From Bacteroidota bacterium (GTDB lineage: Bacteria > Bacteroidota > Ignavibacteria > UBA10030 > SZUA-254): a stretch of DNA of 64,000 nucleotides. The notes below the pieces were generated by a model that was not told the origin of the DNA, did not search any database, and saw nothing but the letters and a program-made list of their open reading frames with translations. Where the stretch lies: contig JAWOKN010000096.1 in NCBI GenBank assembly GCA_033854175.1, positions 467 through 64,466 of the forward strand, given 5' to 3'. A program made the position numbers and the translations under genes. Shown one piece after another: positions 1-10,030 of the stretch; positions within the stretch are counted from its first letter, which is position 1; every line of letters begins with the position of its first letter.

Positions 1-1719
1 CTCAAGCAACAACCCATCAATATTGTCATTATCGATGCTCTCCGCAGAGATTACGTCGAACTCAAAATGTACAATGAGGCGATCGCGCTTGTCGAGCGGC
101 AACTGAAGATTCAACCTTCCGACATTAATCTGCGCTGTCAGCTCGCGTCGATTTATTATCTTCGTGCAGACACTCTGAAAGCCAACGAGGAGTGGGAACA
201 CGCCATTTCGTTGAATCCCAAACAACCGGCGACCTATTCACAGGTTGCTAATTCTTTCACTCAGAGCAGGTTGTTCGACCGGGCAATCGACACATATCGC
301 CGCGGACGCAAAGCCTGTGAGAATCCCTCTCTTTTCACACAGGAGCTGGCGTACCTCTACGGAACACTTTCAAAATATGAGGATGCCACAAAAGAATATG
401 TGTCCTTTCTCCGGCAAAATCCCATTCAGCTGGGGTTCGTGCAAACCCAGATAGGGGGTTATACCAATCATCCCGAGGCACTTGCATCGGCAAGGAAAGT
501 GATTGAGGAGGCTTCCCGGTCGGCCCCAGACGATCTTCCGCTACTGCATCTTCTGGCATGGATCGACATGGAAGGTAGCCGATATGACGCGGCGTTCGAT
601 ATTTACAAAGCCATCGATGCGAAGTCGAAGGGAACCGGACATGTCCTGCAAACGTTTGCCCAGCGGGCTTTGCATGACAAGGCCTTTGGAATAGCAGCGG
701 CGGCATTCCGCGAAATCATTGACCATTATCCGAAGTTTGACAAGCTGGCTGAGGTAAAGTTCGGTTATGCGCAGTCACTTGAGGCATCCGATGAAAGCCA
801 TGACACGCTACGGCTATTCGGTCGTGACCGTCCGTTTAGCGACCAAGCATCAGACCGTGAAGATCGTTCGGTCATCTATTCAAACACGCTTGATGCCTAT
901 AATCGGGTCATCGGTGAGTATCCTGCAACAGAATTTGCCGCCCGATCGGTCTTTCGCATTGCTGTTCTTCAGCAGGAGAAGTTCGGTGATCTTACCAGTG
1001 CACGGCAATCGCTCGAAAATCTCCTAAAATCCTATCCGATGTTTCCTCAGGTTGTTATAGAGGGAGCGTTACGCCTTGGGGACATCTATCTCCTGCTGGG
1101 AATGATTGATAAGGCATCCGCCCAATATGCCGTCGTGGCGGGCCGTGGCCTTCGCACCAATCCACTACAGGATCAGGCCATGCTGAAACTTGCTGAATTG
1201 GAGTATTTTAAAATGGACTTCGACACCGCGCTTGTCATGCTTGGCGGATTGATCCGGAACACCAATTCCGATGTAGCAAACGATGCCATCGCACTCCAGA
1301 CGTTCATTCAGGAAAATATCCAGACTGACAGGTCTGTACTTCAAGTTTTTGCCCAGGCCGACCTTCTTCGCCGCCAGCGTAAATATCTGGACGCCCTTGC
1401 CCTGTACCAATCTATTATCCAAAAATATCCAAAATCCGGTTTAGTGGATGATGCCGCAATGCGTATCGGTGATATTTACACGCTTCTTGGACGGTACACC
1501 GAAGCGGTTGCCTCGTACGAACACATGTTAACCGAGTATCCCGAGAGTATTTCTCTCGACCGAGCTCTGATGAAAATCGGTGAAGTGTATCAAAGCGGCC
1601 TAAAAGATCCAGCCCGTGCGATTGCGGCATATCAAAAGTTGCTCGAACAATTCCCATCGTCAATATATCTGAATGAGGCACGCAAGAGAATTCGCCAGTT
1701 GCGTGGAGATACCATATGA
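1..1719 (+). CDS. TPR-repeat protein, 5' partial. The reading frame is open from base 1 with no stop codon before the first Met at 67, so the gene probably continues upstream of the window.
   Basis: 550-aa ORF with repeated TPR-like 34-residue helical motifs. Frame 1 from positions 1-66 translates LKQQPINIVIIDALRRDYVELK without a stop. Confidence 0.8.
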   Translation, partial: LKQQPINIVIIDALRRDYVELKMYNEAIALVERQLKIQPSDINLRCQLASIYYLRADTLKANEEWEHAISLNPKQPATYSQVANSFTQSRLFDRAIDTYRRGRKACENPSLFTQELAYLYGTLSKYEDATKEYVSFLRQNPIQLGFVQTQIGGYTNHPEALASARKVIEEASRSAPDDLPLLHLLAWIDMEGSRYDAAFDIYKAIDAKSKGTGHVLQTFAQRALHDKAFGIAAAAFREIIDHYPKFDKLAEVKFGYAQSLEASDESHDTLRLFGRDRPFSDQASDREDRSVIYSNTLDAYNRVIGEYPATEFAARSVFRIAVLQQEKFGDLTSARQSLENLLKSYPMFPQVVIEGALRLGDIYLLLGMIDKASAQYAVVAGRGLRTNPLQDQAMLKLAELEYFKMDFDTALVMLGGLIRNTNSDVANDAIALQTFIQENIQTDRSVLQVFAQADLLRRQRKYLDALALYQSIIQKYPKSGLVDDAAMRIGDIYTLLGRYTEAVASYEHMLTEYPESISLDRALMKIGEVYQSGLKDPARAIAAYQKLLEQFPSSIYLNEARKRIRQLRGDTI

Positions 1720-2999
1720 TCAAGCATGGATTACGATATGTGATTATATTCCTGAGTTTTCTTGTGGTTTCATCGTCGGTACTTTATGCACAAAAGATAC
1801 TCATTCCGATGGATCTTAAACAAACGGATCACCTTAAGGCTTACGGGATTGCCTACTGGGCCCTGACGAAAAACATTCTCGTGGATTGGCTTTTAAACTA
1901 TCGGGGTGGATCGTTTATGATTGACGGCTTGGATATGGTTGCAAATGAGTGTCGTATCCGGGGTGTTTCGTACGAAGAACTTAGCGGGTCACAGGCGGCT
2001 GCGATATATGCTGAAGTCGGAGCAGACAACAACAACATGGATGCAGTTCGCCTGGAAAAGGCTCCGAAAATTGCGGTTTACGTTCCTCCAAATTTCCTCC
2101 CATGGGACGACGCTGTAACCCTGGCGATGGAATACGCTGAAATCCCGTATGATAAGGTTTGGGATGAAGAGGTACTTCAGGGCAAACTCTCACACTACGA
2201 CTGGCTGCATCTGCATCATGAAGATTTTACCGGCCAATACGGAAAATTCTACGCAACATTCGGAACCGCACAGTGGTACGTTGAACAGCAGATATTATAC
2301 GAACGTAAAGCCCACGAGCTGGGATTCAAAAAAGTTTCTCAGGTAAAGCTCGCAGTCGCAAAAAAAATCAAAGAGTATATTGCATCCGGTGGATTCATGT
2401 TTGCAATGTGTTCCGCAACAGACTCGTACGACATCGCCCTTGCCGCAGCCAACACTGATATCTGTGCAACGATGTATGACGGCGATCCCGCTGATCCTGA
2501 CGCACAAAAGAAACTTGATTATTCACAGTGCCTTGCATTCCAGAATTTCACGCTGGAAATGAATCCTCTGCGGTACGAATACTCCGACATTGATATCCCG
2601 CCGAGCGATCCGCCGCCGATCAGGGATCCCAGTACGGATTACTTTACACTCTTCGAATTCTCTGCGAAATACGATCCCGTGCCGACAATGCTCACCCAGG
2701 ATCATGCCTCAATCATCAAGGGGTTTATGGGTCAGACGACTGCCTTTAAAAAGAGTCTCATCAAGCCCTCGGTAACAATACTCGCCGAAAGGGAAGGGAC
2801 AGAAGAAGTAAAGTACATTCATGGAAATTATGGTCGCGGGACATTTACGTTTTACGGTGGGCATGATCCTGAGGATTACCAGCATCAAGTCGGAAGCCCT
2901 CCGACCGATTTGTCTCTTCACAAAAATTCACCCGGTTACCGTCTCATTCTCAATAATATTCTCTTCCCCGCAGCAAAGAAAAAGCAGCAAAAGACATAA
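1716..2999 (+). CDS. Secreted hypothetical protein of 427 aa with an N-terminal signal peptide. A class-I glutamine-amidotransferase/ThuA-like fold is possible. Function unknown.
   Basis: Long ORF. N-terminal hydrophobic segment ends in an A-Q-K cleavage-like site. Contains a GGFMFAMCSATDSYD elbow and a DWLHLHHEDFTG motif. The ATGA start overlaps the stop of the upstream TPR gene. Confidence 0.7.
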   Translation: MIKHGLRYVIIFLSFLVVSSSVLYAQKILIPMDLKQTDHLKAYGIAYWALTKNILVDWLLNYRGGSFMIDGLDMVANECRIRGVSYEELSGSQAAAIYAEVGADNNNMDAVRLEKAPKIAVYVPPNFLPWDDAVTLAMEYAEIPYDKVWDEEVLQGKLSHYDWLHLHHEDFTGQYGKFYATFGTAQWYVEQQILYERKAHELGFKKVSQVKLAVAKKIKEYIASGGFMFAMCSATDSYDIALAAANTDICATMYDGDPADPDAQKKLDYSQCLAFQNFTLEMNPLRYEYSDIDIPPSDPPPIRDPSTDYFTLFEFSAKYDPVPTMLTQDHASIIKGFMGQTTAFKKSLIKPSVTILAEREGTEEVKYIHGNYGRGTFTFYGGHDPEDYQHQVGSPPTDLSLHKNSPGYRLILNNILFPAAKKKQQKT

Positions 3000-3127
3000 T
3001 CCCCGTCCTGTCGTACACCGGAGCCTACGGTCCAGTGCTGCTGGAAGTCGGGAGTGACGAATCCCTCCGAAGTACGACGACCATGAGCTCTTTGCATCTC
3101 ACGGGATAATTTCTAAATTGTCTGGTT

Positions 3128-3829
3128 ATGCGAATTGCTATTGTTTCTGACATCCACGGAAATCTTGAGGCTCTCGAGAAGGTGCTTTCCGTCATCCGCG
3201 AACGAAAAGTTGACTTCATAGTCTGTCTCGGTGACATTGTCGGGTATGGCGCCAGCCCCAATGCTTGTATTGAGCTGATACGGTCAGTAACCTCTCACAT
3301 CATTCTCGGTAATCATGATGAGGCAGCAGTTCAGCTTGAAAAAATGGAATATTTCAATCCCTACGCACGCATCGCCGCTGAATGGACCCACGAAGAACTC
3401 ACCGTTGAAAATAAAACCTTCATCCAGAATCTTCCTTTTCAGCTGAACCATGAGGGGGTGCTCTTTGTCCATTCCTCCCCATATGAACCCGAGGAATGGC
3501 ATTACATCATCACGCCAACCGATGCCGCATTTAACTTTGGCTATTTCACTCAGCCGGTCTGTTTCATCGGGCATTCACACATTCCCGATGTGTTTTGTGA
3601 AGATAACAAGACATTGGAGGTTGAGCGAGGCAAGAAATTTATTGTTAATATCGGAAGTGTCGGCCAGCCGCGGGACAGTGACTGGCGGTCAAGTTTTGGC
3701 ATATTCGATACAGGATCGTGGACGTACCAAAATGTCCGGACGGATTACGATGTGGACACCGCTGCATCAAAAATCCGTAAAGCAGGTCTTCCCAAATCGC
3801 TTGCAGATCGCCTGTTCATCGGTCGGTAA
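3128..3829 (+). CDS. Metallophosphoesterase (calcineurin-like, YfcE/MJ0936-type phosphodiesterase).
   Basis: Motifs DIHGN, GDIVGYG and GNHD are characteristic of the MPP superfamily. Confidence 0.85.
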   Translation: MRIAIVSDIHGNLEALEKVLSVIRERKVDFIVCLGDIVGYGASPNACIELIRSVTSHIILGNHDEAAVQLEKMEYFNPYARIAAEWTHEELTVENKTFIQNLPFQLNHEGVLFVHSSPYEPEEWHYIITPTDAAFNFGYFTQPVCFIGHSHIPDVFCEDNKTLEVERGKKFIVNIGSVGQPRDSDWRSSFGIFDTGSWTYQNVRTDYDVDTAASKIRKAGLPKSLADRLFIGR

Positions 3830-4024
3830 CCGTTCTGTTTTTACCAAGGATTTTTCTCTGAAGGATTCAAAAAAAACATCTCCTGTTGAGAAGGGATGTT
3901 TGCGGAGGATATCTCCTGCCTCCCAAAAATGAGTCCCGCCCGCATCACCATCTTCTCATCCATACCACCACTTATCCTTCATCAAAGGATAATGCGGGTC
4001 GGGATCTCGACTCTTTCTGCGGGA

Positions 4025-5035
4025 TTATCTCACTACGATGTACGGACTTCCCCAGAATTCATTCATAAACGGATCAGTGAGACTGTATAAGGATCCATGG
4101 GAGAACACGTCTACCAACGCGTTATAGCGCCCCAACAGGGCTATAAGAGGAAGTGTGGCGCGGAATCTTCTTTCATACACCCGAAGGTGGGTCGTCGGAC
4201 CGCCGGTCACAGAGATCAGATTCATGCGAACCCTGTTGATCAATCCTCTCGCTGCCACGCTATGACGGAGTACAACCACTTCATTCGAATCATCAGAACT
4301 CAGCACTGAAGCCCGTACGAGAATACTGTCTCCTGCAATAAAGCGAGGAATCGAGCCATGCAGGATTCCGAGTTTAAACCATGTGGTAAGAGGGTCAGTA
4401 ATAGTCGTATCATAATGCCGAATGCTATCGATGACCTCGACAGACGCAAGCAAAAAAGGATTGGTTGTCTGAGATTTTCCCTGCACGAGGGTAATTGCAA
4501 CGGGCAACCAGTTTCGTTCCAGGACGCTTGTATTGGCAATCCGGCGGAACAAAACATTTCTTGTCGTCTGCTCGGTAAACGGTTTATGGACAACAGTATC
4601 AATTTGAGCGGTGTCGGAAACAACTGTCCCGAACCCGATCCAGAATTCACCGGGAATGGTCTTGGTAATCGTAACCAGCGCCGCTGTATCGCCCTGCATG
4701 ACGATATTGTAGTTGCGGACAATCTGGGTCCAGAATATATGGCGGCCCCACCGAAGAGGTTTGAGTGAATCGCCGACAAACACCCTCATGTGTCCAGAGA
4801 AATACGCCGCTTCCTTTGCCGCGCCTGAATAGTCGGGGTCCTTGAGACCGTTATCATCGATTGTGGCCTCATCTGAGGTGGAAAATTCCGCCACAGAATC
4901 AATACCTTTTACCATTTGCTGCAATACCTGCTGATCGGTCACGACCGGTGTAACAGTGTTGTTATTGCTACAACCGTTAAAACTCATAATAAATAGAAAG
5001 GCAACGACGCACATCAAAGGCAGGGTATATTTCAT
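4025..5035 (-). CDS. Hypothetical lipoprotein.
   Basis: Start moved to MKYTLPLMCVVAFLFIMSFNGCS, which is a signal peptide plus lipobox. The upstream part of the six-frame ORF has no signal and is probably not translated. Confidence 0.65.
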   Translation of the reverse strand: MKYTLPLMCVVAFLFIMSFNGCSNNNTVTPVVTDQQVLQQMVKGIDSVAEFSTSDEATIDDNGLKDPDYSGAAKEAAYFSGHMRVFVGDSLKPLRWGRHIFWTQIVRNYNIVMQGDTAALVTITKTIPGEFWIGFGTVVSDTAQIDTVVHKPFTEQTTRNVLFRRIANTSVLERNWLPVAITLVQGKSQTTNPFLLASVEVIDSIRHYDTTITDPLTTWFKLGILHGSIPRFIAGDSILVRASVLSSDDSNEVVVLRHSVAARGLINRVRMNLISVTGGPTTHLRVYERRFRATLPLIALLGRYNALVDVFSHGSLYSLTDPFMNEFWGSPYIVVR

Positions 5036-5321
5036 CGGTCTTTCCATATTGTGGATCTCCAGATCAGTCTGATAGTATAAAGATAGTCCCGCCACCCGTT
5101 CCCACACGCCCGCACGTGATTTTGGATTCTCAACAGAGTAGCGGGACATCATTATCACATTAGTCTGACACACTTGCCGGCTCACAGGATTAATCGGAGC
5201 GAGAAAAAATATTACACCTATCCAAAAGACATGTATTTTCGCATATATTGAGGGGAACTGGATAAAGAATGTGATGTGGATAGTTGTGGGGTGGGTAGAG
5301 GCCCACGATGCCTTTGGTGTG

Positions 5322-6536
5322 TTACCGCTGGGTTAAACCGCGCTGGGAAAGCCACTGTTCGGGATCCAATTTTTCGCGCTCCTTCCATATTTCGAAGTGG
5401 AGCAATGGTCCAGAAAGTGCTTCCCCGCTTTTTCCAATGGTTTGACCTTCTTGAACGGTTTCGTTTTCGCTTACAGAAATTTCCGAAAGGTGGGCGTAGA
5501 CAGTCCGGTAACCATTTTTATGATTGATGATGACAAGATTTCCAAACGAAGGGAGCCACCAGATTGCCGAGACTTCACCGTCGGCTATGGTAAAGATTGG
5601 GCTTCCCGCGCCGACAGAAATATCAATACCCGGATTTTGCGTGACAGTGTGGAGCGAGGGATTTTCCTGTGCACCGAAATGGCTAGTAATTTTTCCACCG
5701 TCAACGGGCCATCGCAGATGTCCACGCCTGCTTTCAAAGATTTTTCCCTGTGCAGTTGAGCGTGCCTCTGTTTCCGGTTTATCCTTCATTTCCCGCTCCC
5801 GTTTCACGCGGTCTTCCTCGACAAGTTTTGAAATCAGATCCTCGAGCTGTTTCGCAGCTTGGAGTTTCCGATCCATCTCGCGCTTGATGTTTTTTTTGTC
5901 CTTTCGTATTTCAGCGAGCATGGCTTTTCTTTTTTTCGTTTGCACCGCCAGTTTGTTTTCCTCCTTGGTTTTTTCTGTAATCAGCTGGTGTTGTTCATTG
6001 AGCTGATTCTGCAGTTGGAGGTGTTGTTGTTGGAGATCGTTACGATGCACATTGATCTTATCGATATCCTTTTTCCGCTGGTCTGAAAATCTCTGTAGGT
6101 ATTCGGATCGTAGTAGAAACTGATTAACGGAATTTGCCGAGAGAAGAAGCTCGAGATCGTTGGCGCGGCCTTTCATATACGCTGCACGGATGTAGTTTGC
6201 GTAGTGATTTTTGAGGAAGGAAATCTGGCCCCCGAGGTCATCGATGCTCTTATGTGTCGCGGCAATATCCTTCTGGAGTTCCTCTTCTTCTTCATGAAGT
6301 TTTTTAATCAGCTTTTCGATCAGTGCTGCCTGCCGGTCGTACACATCGAGCAATTCAAGGGTTGCATGTTCCTTCTTCTCCTTTTCCTTGATTTTCTGCT
6401 CGACTTTACCGATTTCCGTACGAAGCTTTTGGAGTTGTGATCGTTTTGTCGAAATTTCATCCTGCCGGGCGGGCAAAAACATCGTTGTCACAAGCAGAAG
6501 CATGACAAAATATCGTATGTGTCGAAAGGCAATCAT
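5322..6536 (-). CDS. Peptidoglycan DD-metalloendopeptidase family protein (M23/LytM domain, EnvC-like murein hydrolase activator).
   Basis: Long N-terminal coiled coil rich in E/K/Q, followed by a C-terminal LytM/M23 domain (GIDISVGAGSPIFTIADGEV ... NHKNGYRTVYAHL). Start set at MIAFRHIRYFVMLLLV, which is a signal/TM segment. Confidence 0.85.
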   Translation of the reverse strand: MIAFRHIRYFVMLLLVTTMFLPARQDEISTKRSQLQKLRTEIGKVEQKIKEKEKKEHATLELLDVYDRQAALIEKLIKKLHEEEEELQKDIAATHKSIDDLGGQISFLKNHYANYIRAAYMKGRANDLELLLSANSVNQFLLRSEYLQRFSDQRKKDIDKINVHRNDLQQQHLQLQNQLNEQHQLITEKTKEENKLAVQTKKRKAMLAEIRKDKKNIKREMDRKLQAAKQLEDLISKLVEEDRVKREREMKDKPETEARSTAQGKIFESRRGHLRWPVDGGKITSHFGAQENPSLHTVTQNPGIDISVGAGSPIFTIADGEVSAIWWLPSFGNLVIINHKNGYRTVYAHLSEISVSENETVQEGQTIGKSGEALSGPLLHFEIWKEREKLDPEQWLSQRGLTQR

Positions 6537-7306
6537 TGCCGCTCTATCACTTCTGCCTGTTTGGGAATAAGGAACGAGCACGATGTGGGCTGATTCAATG
6601 TAATATCGTCATAGGCAATCGTCACGCTGCGTTTCTCCTGCGGGAACGTGACACGAACGAGCTTTGGAACCGGGATACTGTCGTTGACACGAATGCGCGA
6701 CGATGAAGCGGTTAGAATCTCGTTACCCCCAGGATCAATGACACGATAGTTAGTCACGACAAACGAATCACCATCGATTGTATATTCCTTTTCACCCTCG
6801 GCTGTATGATAATATAAGATATACTCATTCCCCCTCGAGGTAGCGATGAGTAGCGAATCATCCTGATGTGTGGGAGGAAATTCTCCCGTGAATGCATGGA
6901 GCATGTCCTCAAACTGCATTTTTAATCGGAACATCGATCGGAGTGTCTTCCCATCCGGTGTACCAATTGTCGCGGTGTTATTCATCTTATTGTAATAGAC
7001 AAATCTGCGTGGAGACAGAAGAAGGGTTCCGACATGGACTCCGAATGGGCCTTTAAATTCCACCCGCAATGAGTCCGGTTTCTTGAGATTCACTTCGAAA
7101 GACCCGTTCCCAGAGCCTTCCGGACTTTCGACGGTGATTAGGCCGTCACCCTGGAGTGTTTGAATCCTCGCATTTCGCTGATGGACAAGCGAAAATATTT
7201 CTACCGGAGCAAGCGGATGTTCTTTGACAATATTCCTTGAACCACCACATCCGGTGATATACACGACGATAAATCCAATCGCCAACGGATATACGGGTCC
7301 TCTCAC
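6533..7306 (-). CDS. DUF4292-family lipoprotein (LolB-like fold).
   Basis: Lipoprotein signal MRGPVYPLAIGFIVVYITGCGGS. Its position between a TPR protein and an M23 peptidase is the conserved FCB-group arrangement. Overlaps both neighbours by 4 nt. Confidence 0.75.
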   Translation of the reverse strand: MRGPVYPLAIGFIVVYITGCGGSRNIVKEHPLAPVEIFSLVHQRNARIQTLQGDGLITVESPEGSGNGSFEVNLKKPDSLRVEFKGPFGVHVGTLLLSPRRFVYYNKMNNTATIGTPDGKTLRSMFRLKMQFEDMLHAFTGEFPPTHQDDSLLIATSRGNEYILYYHTAEGEKEYTIDGDSFVVTNYRVIDPGGNEILTASSSRIRVNDSIPVPKLVRVTFPQEKRSVTIAYDDITLNQPTSCSFLIPKQAEVIERQ

Positions 7307-8994
7307 AAACTTCCCCGTTGAATTTTATCCTTCAATCCCTGATTATCTGAATCATACTCAAGCGCTTTTTTCCAGTACTCAAGAGCCTTATCTCTCCGGG
7401 ATAGTTTATAATTGATATCCCCGAGGTGTTCAAAAATTACGGGGCTTTTACTTCCAAGTTCAACAGCCTTCCGGATATACTTCTCAGCCTCGTCGTATCG
7501 TCCCATCTGGTAATAGATCCAGCCATATGTGTCGAGATACGATTGATTTTCGGGTTGTTGTTCTACGGCTTCTTTCGACATGCGCAGGGCTCGGTCAAGC
7601 TGCATACCGCGTTCCGCGAGGCTATACGCGTAGTTGTTCAACACGAGATGATTATGTGCGTCAATTTGAAGTGCGTGTTCGTACAGACTGTCGGAGTCAT
7701 CTTTGCGCTTCATCGCGTCATATACAAGCGCGAGCGAACTGAGAGCGTCAACGTTTTTTTCGTTGAGCTGTACTGCTTTTTCAAGAGCCGTTGCGGCTTC
7801 AGGGAGCTCCTCTTTCCGTTGGTAGGAAAGCCCGAGGAGGAAATACACACGGAATTCATCCTGGATATATTTTTGCGCTTCAGTTAATATCCGGATTGCG
7901 CCATCAAAATTATTCTGATCAAAGTAAATTGTGGCAATACCCATCCAGCCATCTGATGTCGTACGGGACAGTTCCGTCACTTTCTTGAAATTGAGAAGGG
8001 CCGCCGTGTCGTTCCGCATGATATTATTGATTGCCCCGAGGTACCAGTAAGGGCGCCAGTCATTGGGGTAATTGGTCCTTATTTTATCAAACATTGTCAA
8101 CGCATAAGGTGCGACGAGGGAGTCTTTTTGAATGAACGAGACAAAAACCTGCCCAAACCGGAGTTGATCCTCGACTGACATCGTGTCTTTTTTCAGCACG
8201 ATATCGAACTGCTCCGCGGCATGCTGATAATCCTGTTTCACGAGGTACGCATGAGCAATTGCAGCCCGAATTTCGAGTTGCTCCGGATGTAACTCGACCA
8301 GGTCATTATATATGCGCAAAGCTGCATCCACGCTGTCCCTTCGGAGGTAGAGATCTCCGAGTGTCTTCTCCATTTCAAGGTTTCCCGGGTCGAGGATAAG
8401 CATCCCCTGAACAGCTTCGGTGGCCTTGTCAAGTTTATTCTCGGCATCATAGATGCGTGCCATCTGGAAGTATGTCTCCTGATCGGGTCCGAATCTGTCA
8501 ATAATTTGTTGATAGAATCCCAGCGCCCGATCGGGGTCTTTCATTTGTGTCAGATGGGCCAGATTTGACCACCCCTGGTGGTCAGAGGAATCGAGCCGAA
8601 TAACTTCGGCAAATTCCTTTGCAGCCTCATCATAACTAAAAGCACTGACATAGATTTCGGCGAGCGTTTCGTGATAAGTTTTATTCTTCGGTGCAAGCCT
8701 TATGGCTTCCTTGCCCATCTCTATGGCCCGGTCGCTTTTATTCAGGACCGCATAATCCTTTGCGATCGCCTGATAAATTGCAGGATCTTGTTTGTACCTA
8801 ATCGCCTCTTGGTATTCCAGGATAGCCTGGGCATATTCCCCCTTCTGGTCATGGAGGGAGCCCTCGAGGAAATGCTGAAGAGATAATTCCCGGTTCTCCG
8901 GTATACTCACCGCGGTCTTCTGGGACCCCGCGCAACCAAGCATCAACAATCCCAAAGTCGCTGTGAAAGCAAATAATACAACCGATGATTTCAT
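7303..8994 (-). CDS. TPR-repeat protein with an N-terminal signal/TM segment.
   Basis: Multiple TPR motifs throughout. Start set at MKSSVVLFAFTATLGLLMLGCAG, which is a signal peptide with a lipobox-like LGCAG. Confidence 0.8.
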   Translation of the reverse strand: MKSSVVLFAFTATLGLLMLGCAGSQKTAVSIPENRELSLQHFLEGSLHDQKGEYAQAILEYQEAIRYKQDPAIYQAIAKDYAVLNKSDRAIEMGKEAIRLAPKNKTYHETLAEIYVSAFSYDEAAKEFAEVIRLDSSDHQGWSNLAHLTQMKDPDRALGFYQQIIDRFGPDQETYFQMARIYDAENKLDKATEAVQGMLILDPGNLEMEKTLGDLYLRRDSVDAALRIYNDLVELHPEQLEIRAAIAHAYLVKQDYQHAAEQFDIVLKKDTMSVEDQLRFGQVFVSFIQKDSLVAPYALTMFDKIRTNYPNDWRPYWYLGAINNIMRNDTAALLNFKKVTELSRTTSDGWMGIATIYFDQNNFDGAIRILTEAQKYIQDEFRVYFLLGLSYQRKEELPEAATALEKAVQLNEKNVDALSSLALVYDAMKRKDDSDSLYEHALQIDAHNHLVLNNYAYSLAERGMQLDRALRMSKEAVEQQPENQSYLDTYGWIYYQMGRYDEAEKYIRKAVELGSKSPVIFEHLGDINYKLSRRDKALEYWKKALEYDSDNQGLKDKIQRGSL

Positions 8995-9308
8995 AACGCT
9001 GTCGTTCCTTATCCAAGAAAAATATAGGCAATTCATTGTAGAATTACAAGGTTTTGACTTATCCAGCTTCTTGTTTGACTCATTATTCAAGATAAGGTCG
9101 AATGGGAACGCGGGAAGATTCAGTGGAGTTTGGCGGGGCTGGAAGAAAACCTAGGGCTAGGAATTATGGCAGGATGAATTCCCGTTGTGCAATAGCGAAC
9201 TCATTCCAAACGTCGGTGTAAATTCAATGTTTTCCTTGACTTTCAATAACCTTTTCTCTACTTTAGCGGTAATTTAAAACCATCCCTTCGGAATTCCGGG
9301 AAGAAAGA

Positions 9309-9977
9309 ATGAAAAATTCGCTGTTCGTCGCATTACCAATAATCATTTTCCTTTCGTTATGTCTCATCGGGTGTGGTGGAACCGGTGAGGGCCAGAAAAC
9401 GGAAACGCAACCTTCGGCCTTGGAGGTAATGCAAAAAGATATGACAGCGCTGCAGACAACGAACGATTCGCTGAGATATCAGCTTTCCAGAATCGAGCAG
9501 GAGAAGAAATCGCTTGCTGATCACGCAGCAGATCTTGAAATGCAGGTTAATGACCTGAAAACGAAGCTTGCAGCGTTGACCCCACCATCGAAGCCAGTAC
9601 CGGTTGTTTCGGATACGCGGGAATCCTACCACCAAGCGCTTGAAGAGTTCCGCGAACGACAATACGCAGATGCTGCGAGCTTATTTCAGAAGATTCTCGA
9701 AATCGGTGCTCCCCCTCATCTGGATGATAATTGTGTATACTGGATCGGCGAATGTCTATACGGTCAGAAGAGATACAATGAGGCAATCAGGCAATTCGAG
9801 AAGGTTTTTGACTTCAAGTGGTCCGAAAAGAAGGATGACTCCCAGATTATGATTGCCAACTCGTATCTTGCGAAAGGGGATAAGGAAAAAGGGAAGGAGG
9901 AGCTCCAAAATCTCATAAAGAAATTTCCAGCAAGTCCCTTCGTAAAGCTGGCGAAAGTAAAGCTCAATAAGCTATAA
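9309..9977 (+). CDS. TPR lipoprotein with a coiled coil, resembling the CpoB/YbgF cell-division coordinator.
   Basis: Lipobox LIGCGG, then a coiled coil (LQTTNDSLRYQLSRIEQEKKSLADHAADLEMQVNDLKTKL), then TPR repeats. This matches YbgF architecture. Confidence 0.7.
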   Translation: MKNSLFVALPIIIFLSLCLIGCGGTGEGQKTETQPSALEVMQKDMTALQTTNDSLRYQLSRIEQEKKSLADHAADLEMQVNDLKTKLAALTPPSKPVPVVSDTRESYHQALEEFRERQYADAASLFQKILEIGAPPHLDDNCVYWIGECLYGQKRYNEAIRQFEKVFDFKWSEKKDDSQIMIANSYLAKGDKEKGKEELQNLIKKFPASPFVKLAKVKLNKL

Positions 9978-10006
9978 AACAACCGGTCATTCAAACGTTT
10001 CAAAAT

Positions 10007-10030
10007 CCCGCTCTGTGCAGCGGGGTTTTT
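10007..10030. terminator. Bidirectional rho-independent terminator between convergent genes.
   Basis: Hairpin CCCGCTCTGTGCAGCGGGG followed by TTTTT, with an A-rich stretch (TCAAAAT) immediately 5' of the hairpin on the plus strand, which reads as a short interrupted U-tract on the minus-strand transcript. Confidence 0.7.

Noticed and set aside
1716-2999. Possible asparagine-synthetase-type annotation for the secreted 427-aa protein.
   Set aside because: I could not find the Ntn-amidotransferase or PP-loop (SGGxDS) motifs of AsnB in the sequence, so I left it as a hypothetical secreted protein.
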